DNA from: an uncultured Bdellovibrionales bacterium
Lineage (GTDB): Bacteria; Bdellovibrionota_G; JALEGL01; JAGRMV01
Assembly: GCA_964497185.1 (NCBI GenBank)
Contig: CAZCBX010000001.1
Coordinates: 231,519-295,518 of the forward strand
Length of the DNA: 64,000 nucleotides
Direction of reading: 5' to 3'
This document shows, one piece after another, positions 62,562 through 64,000 of the stretch; within the stretch, counting starts at the first letter, position 1, and each line of letters opens with the position of its first letter. Under the pieces are notes generated by a model. That model was given only the letters and a program-made list of their open reading frames with translations. It was not told the origin of the DNA and did not search any database. A program made the translations under genes and the position numbers.

Positions 62562-63301
62562 TGAAACAAAAAGCAACACTCTATCGCATGGTGACCAATG
62601 AGCATGTATGTCCGTTTGGCATTAAATCAAAAGACCTTTTGATTCGGGAGGGCTTTGAAGTGGAAGACCGACCGCTGACAACGCGAGCACAAGCCGATGC
62701 GTTTAAACAAGAGCACAATGTAAAAACCACGCCACAAACATTTATCGGCACTAAACGAATCGGTGGATACGATGAGCTTAATAAATACTTTGGCAAAACC
62801 ATACTCAAACAAAAAGGCACTACTTACCAACCCATTATTGCCATTTTTGCTACAACTTTCTGTATGGCAATTGCAACCACATATGCCATGACCTCTCATT
62901 TTGAGCCGATTCACATACTTGAGCGATTCATTGCCATCAGTATGTGCGTGTTGGGCATCATGAAATTGCGTGACCTTTATTCCTTTACCAATCAATTTGT
63001 CACTTATGACTTACTGGCACGTCGTGTGGTACGGTATGCATACATCTATCCATTTGCAGAAACAGGTGCGGGGATCTTAATGATTGCGGGGGTATTGATT
63101 TGGCTCGCTGCCCCAGCGGCATTTATTATCGGAACCATTGGCAGCATTTCCGTTATCAAAGCTGTCTATATCGAAAAACGCGACTTAAAATGCGCCTGCG
63201 TAGGCGGCAACAGCAACGTCCCCTTGGGACTTATCTCGCTCACCGAAAACGTCATGATGGTCGCCATGGCCATATGGATGCTCATCAAAGCCTACGGATA
63301 A
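62561..63301 (+). CDS. glutaredoxin-like domain fused to a MauE/DoxX-like membrane domain
   Basis: An N-terminal ~80 aa with CPFG and TPQTFIG...GGYDEL (glutaredoxin-like, single Cys). The C-terminal four-TM domain ends with KCACVGG. Confidence 0.5.
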   Translation: MKQKATLYRMVTNEHVCPFGIKSKDLLIREGFEVEDRPLTTRAQADAFKQEHNVKTTPQTFIGTKRIGGYDELNKYFGKTILKQKGTTYQPIIAIFATTFCMAIATTYAMTSHFEPIHILERFIAISMCVLGIMKLRDLYSFTNQFVTYDLLARRVVRYAYIYPFAETGAGILMIAGVLIWLAAPAAFIIGTIGSISVIKAVYIEKRDLKCACVGGNSNVPLGLISLTENVMMVAMAIWMLIKAYG

Positions 63302-63418
63302 AATATGCCCAATCGCCGCAAAAAATGCAGTGATTAACTCCAATATTTACCGCAAAATCCAACTTTTTCCACCCTCCTCAAAACACAAAAAATCTGCGTA
63401 AGAAATAGGAATAGGAAA

Positions 63419-63536
63419 ATGGCGGAGAGAGGGCCATGGAGCCGAAGGCGGTCAGATTTCGTCTGAGCAAGCTCAGGCCAAAATCATGACATAAGTGGTT
63501 CTAGTTCCTATCGTCACAAGAACCACTAAACTCAAT
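63419..63536 (+). repeat. copy 2 of the ~110-nt structured repeat element (see 42505-42650)
   Basis: Aligned by eye to the reverse complement of copy 1. Its first 36 nt (aatggcggagagagggccatggagccgaaggcg) are also the last 36 nt of each downstream tandem unit. Confidence 0.7.
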
Positions 63537-64000
63537 ATAAAGACGAACTACAGGTTCGAATCCCCCTCATTCGGAGGCACAAATTTCAAATCAAAAAAGA
63601 ATACATATGGAGATCAGAGCAAAAAAAATGGCGGAGAGAGGGCCATGGAGCCGAAGGCGACCAGATATAAAGACGAACTACAGGTTCGAATCCCCCTCCA
63701 TCGAAGGTACAAACCTCAAATCAAAAAAGAATACATATGGAGATCAGAGCAAAAAAAATGGCGGAGAGAGGGCCATGGAGCCGAAGGCGACCAGATATAA
63801 AGACGAACTACAGGTTCGAATCCCCCTCCATCGAAGGTACAAACCTCAAATCAAAAAAGAATACATATGGAGATCAGAGCAAAAAAAATGGCGGAGAGAG
63901 GGCCATGGAGCCGAAGGCGACCAGATATAAAGACGAACTACAGGTTCGAATCCCCCTCCATCGAAGGTACAAACCTCAAATCAAAAAAGAATACATATGG
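63537..64000. repeat. tandem array of 130-bp units (at least 3.5 copies, truncated by the window end)
   Basis: Units begin at 63537, 63667, 63797 and 63927. Units 2 to 4 are identical; unit 1 differs at ~10 positions. Each unit contains ggttcgaatccc (identical to the tRNA-Ser T-arm) and the 36-nt block shared with repeat copy 2. Confidence 0.85.

Noticed and set aside
42350-63536. A classical integrase-mediated genomic island inserted at tRNA-Ser
   Set aside because: No integrase, excisionase or transposase is visible. The block contains ileS and other apparent single-copy housekeeping genes. The boundary repeats are inverted rather than direct. It is kept only as an inversion/ancient-island hypothesis in the findings.
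63495-63930. ORF-track proteins of 101 and 107 aa translated through the tandem array (K/R-rich, repetitive)
   Set aside because: The repeat period is 130 bp, not a multiple of 3. The reading frame rotates each unit and hits TAA in the third frame. The apparent ORFs are an artefact of an A-rich, stop-poor unit.
63419-64000. A CRISPR array
   Set aside because: The whole 130-bp unit repeats identically. There are no short repeats separated by unique spacers, and no cas genes are in view.

Overview
This window is a gene-dense (~50% GC) segment of a Gram-negative bacterial chromosome, with lipoproteins, outer-membrane beta-barrels ending in Phe, and DsbD. Most of it is housekeeping or core metabolism on both strands: ispG (long form, cut off at the left edge), pyk, tkt, rho, greA, an IHF-beta-like HU protein, serS, type-2 ileS, a dapA-like gene, a 7Fe ferredoxin, msrB, cyclophilin, a proline dehydrogenase, and a complete Opp/Dpp-type ABC importer with two tandem substrate-binding paralogs. 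There is one tRNA-Ser(UGA). Five things the gene list does not explain stand out. (1) A ~110-nt repeat element is present as two inverted copies 21 kb apart (42.5 kb and 63.4 kb). The second copy leads into an array of at least 3.5 near-identical 130-bp tandem units that runs off the right edge. The tRNA-Ser just upstream has a partial 5' duplication. (2) A tight operon (33.2-39.2 kb) with overlapping stop and start codons links a triheme cytochrome c lipoprotein, an SH3b secreted protein, an outer-membrane protein, a 1135-aa acidic/TM/TPR protein and an ArsC/Spx-family protein. Just upstream, on the opposite strand, is a membrane-anchored trypsin-like protease with a zinc-ribbon N-terminus. 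(3) An AT-rich compositional island (28.8-31.5 kb) carries a 759-aa secreted protein. (4) A metal-handling cluster at the right end has MerP-like and MerT-like genes but no reductase in view, plus DUF305, a glutaredoxin-MauE fusion and a His/Cys-rich secreted protein. (5) A LemA gene is paired with an M48 (HtpX-like) peptidase carrying a ~400-aa C-terminal extension. No CRISPR array, transposase, integrase or recognisable defence genes were seen. All functional calls are from motif recognition by eye, not database searches.
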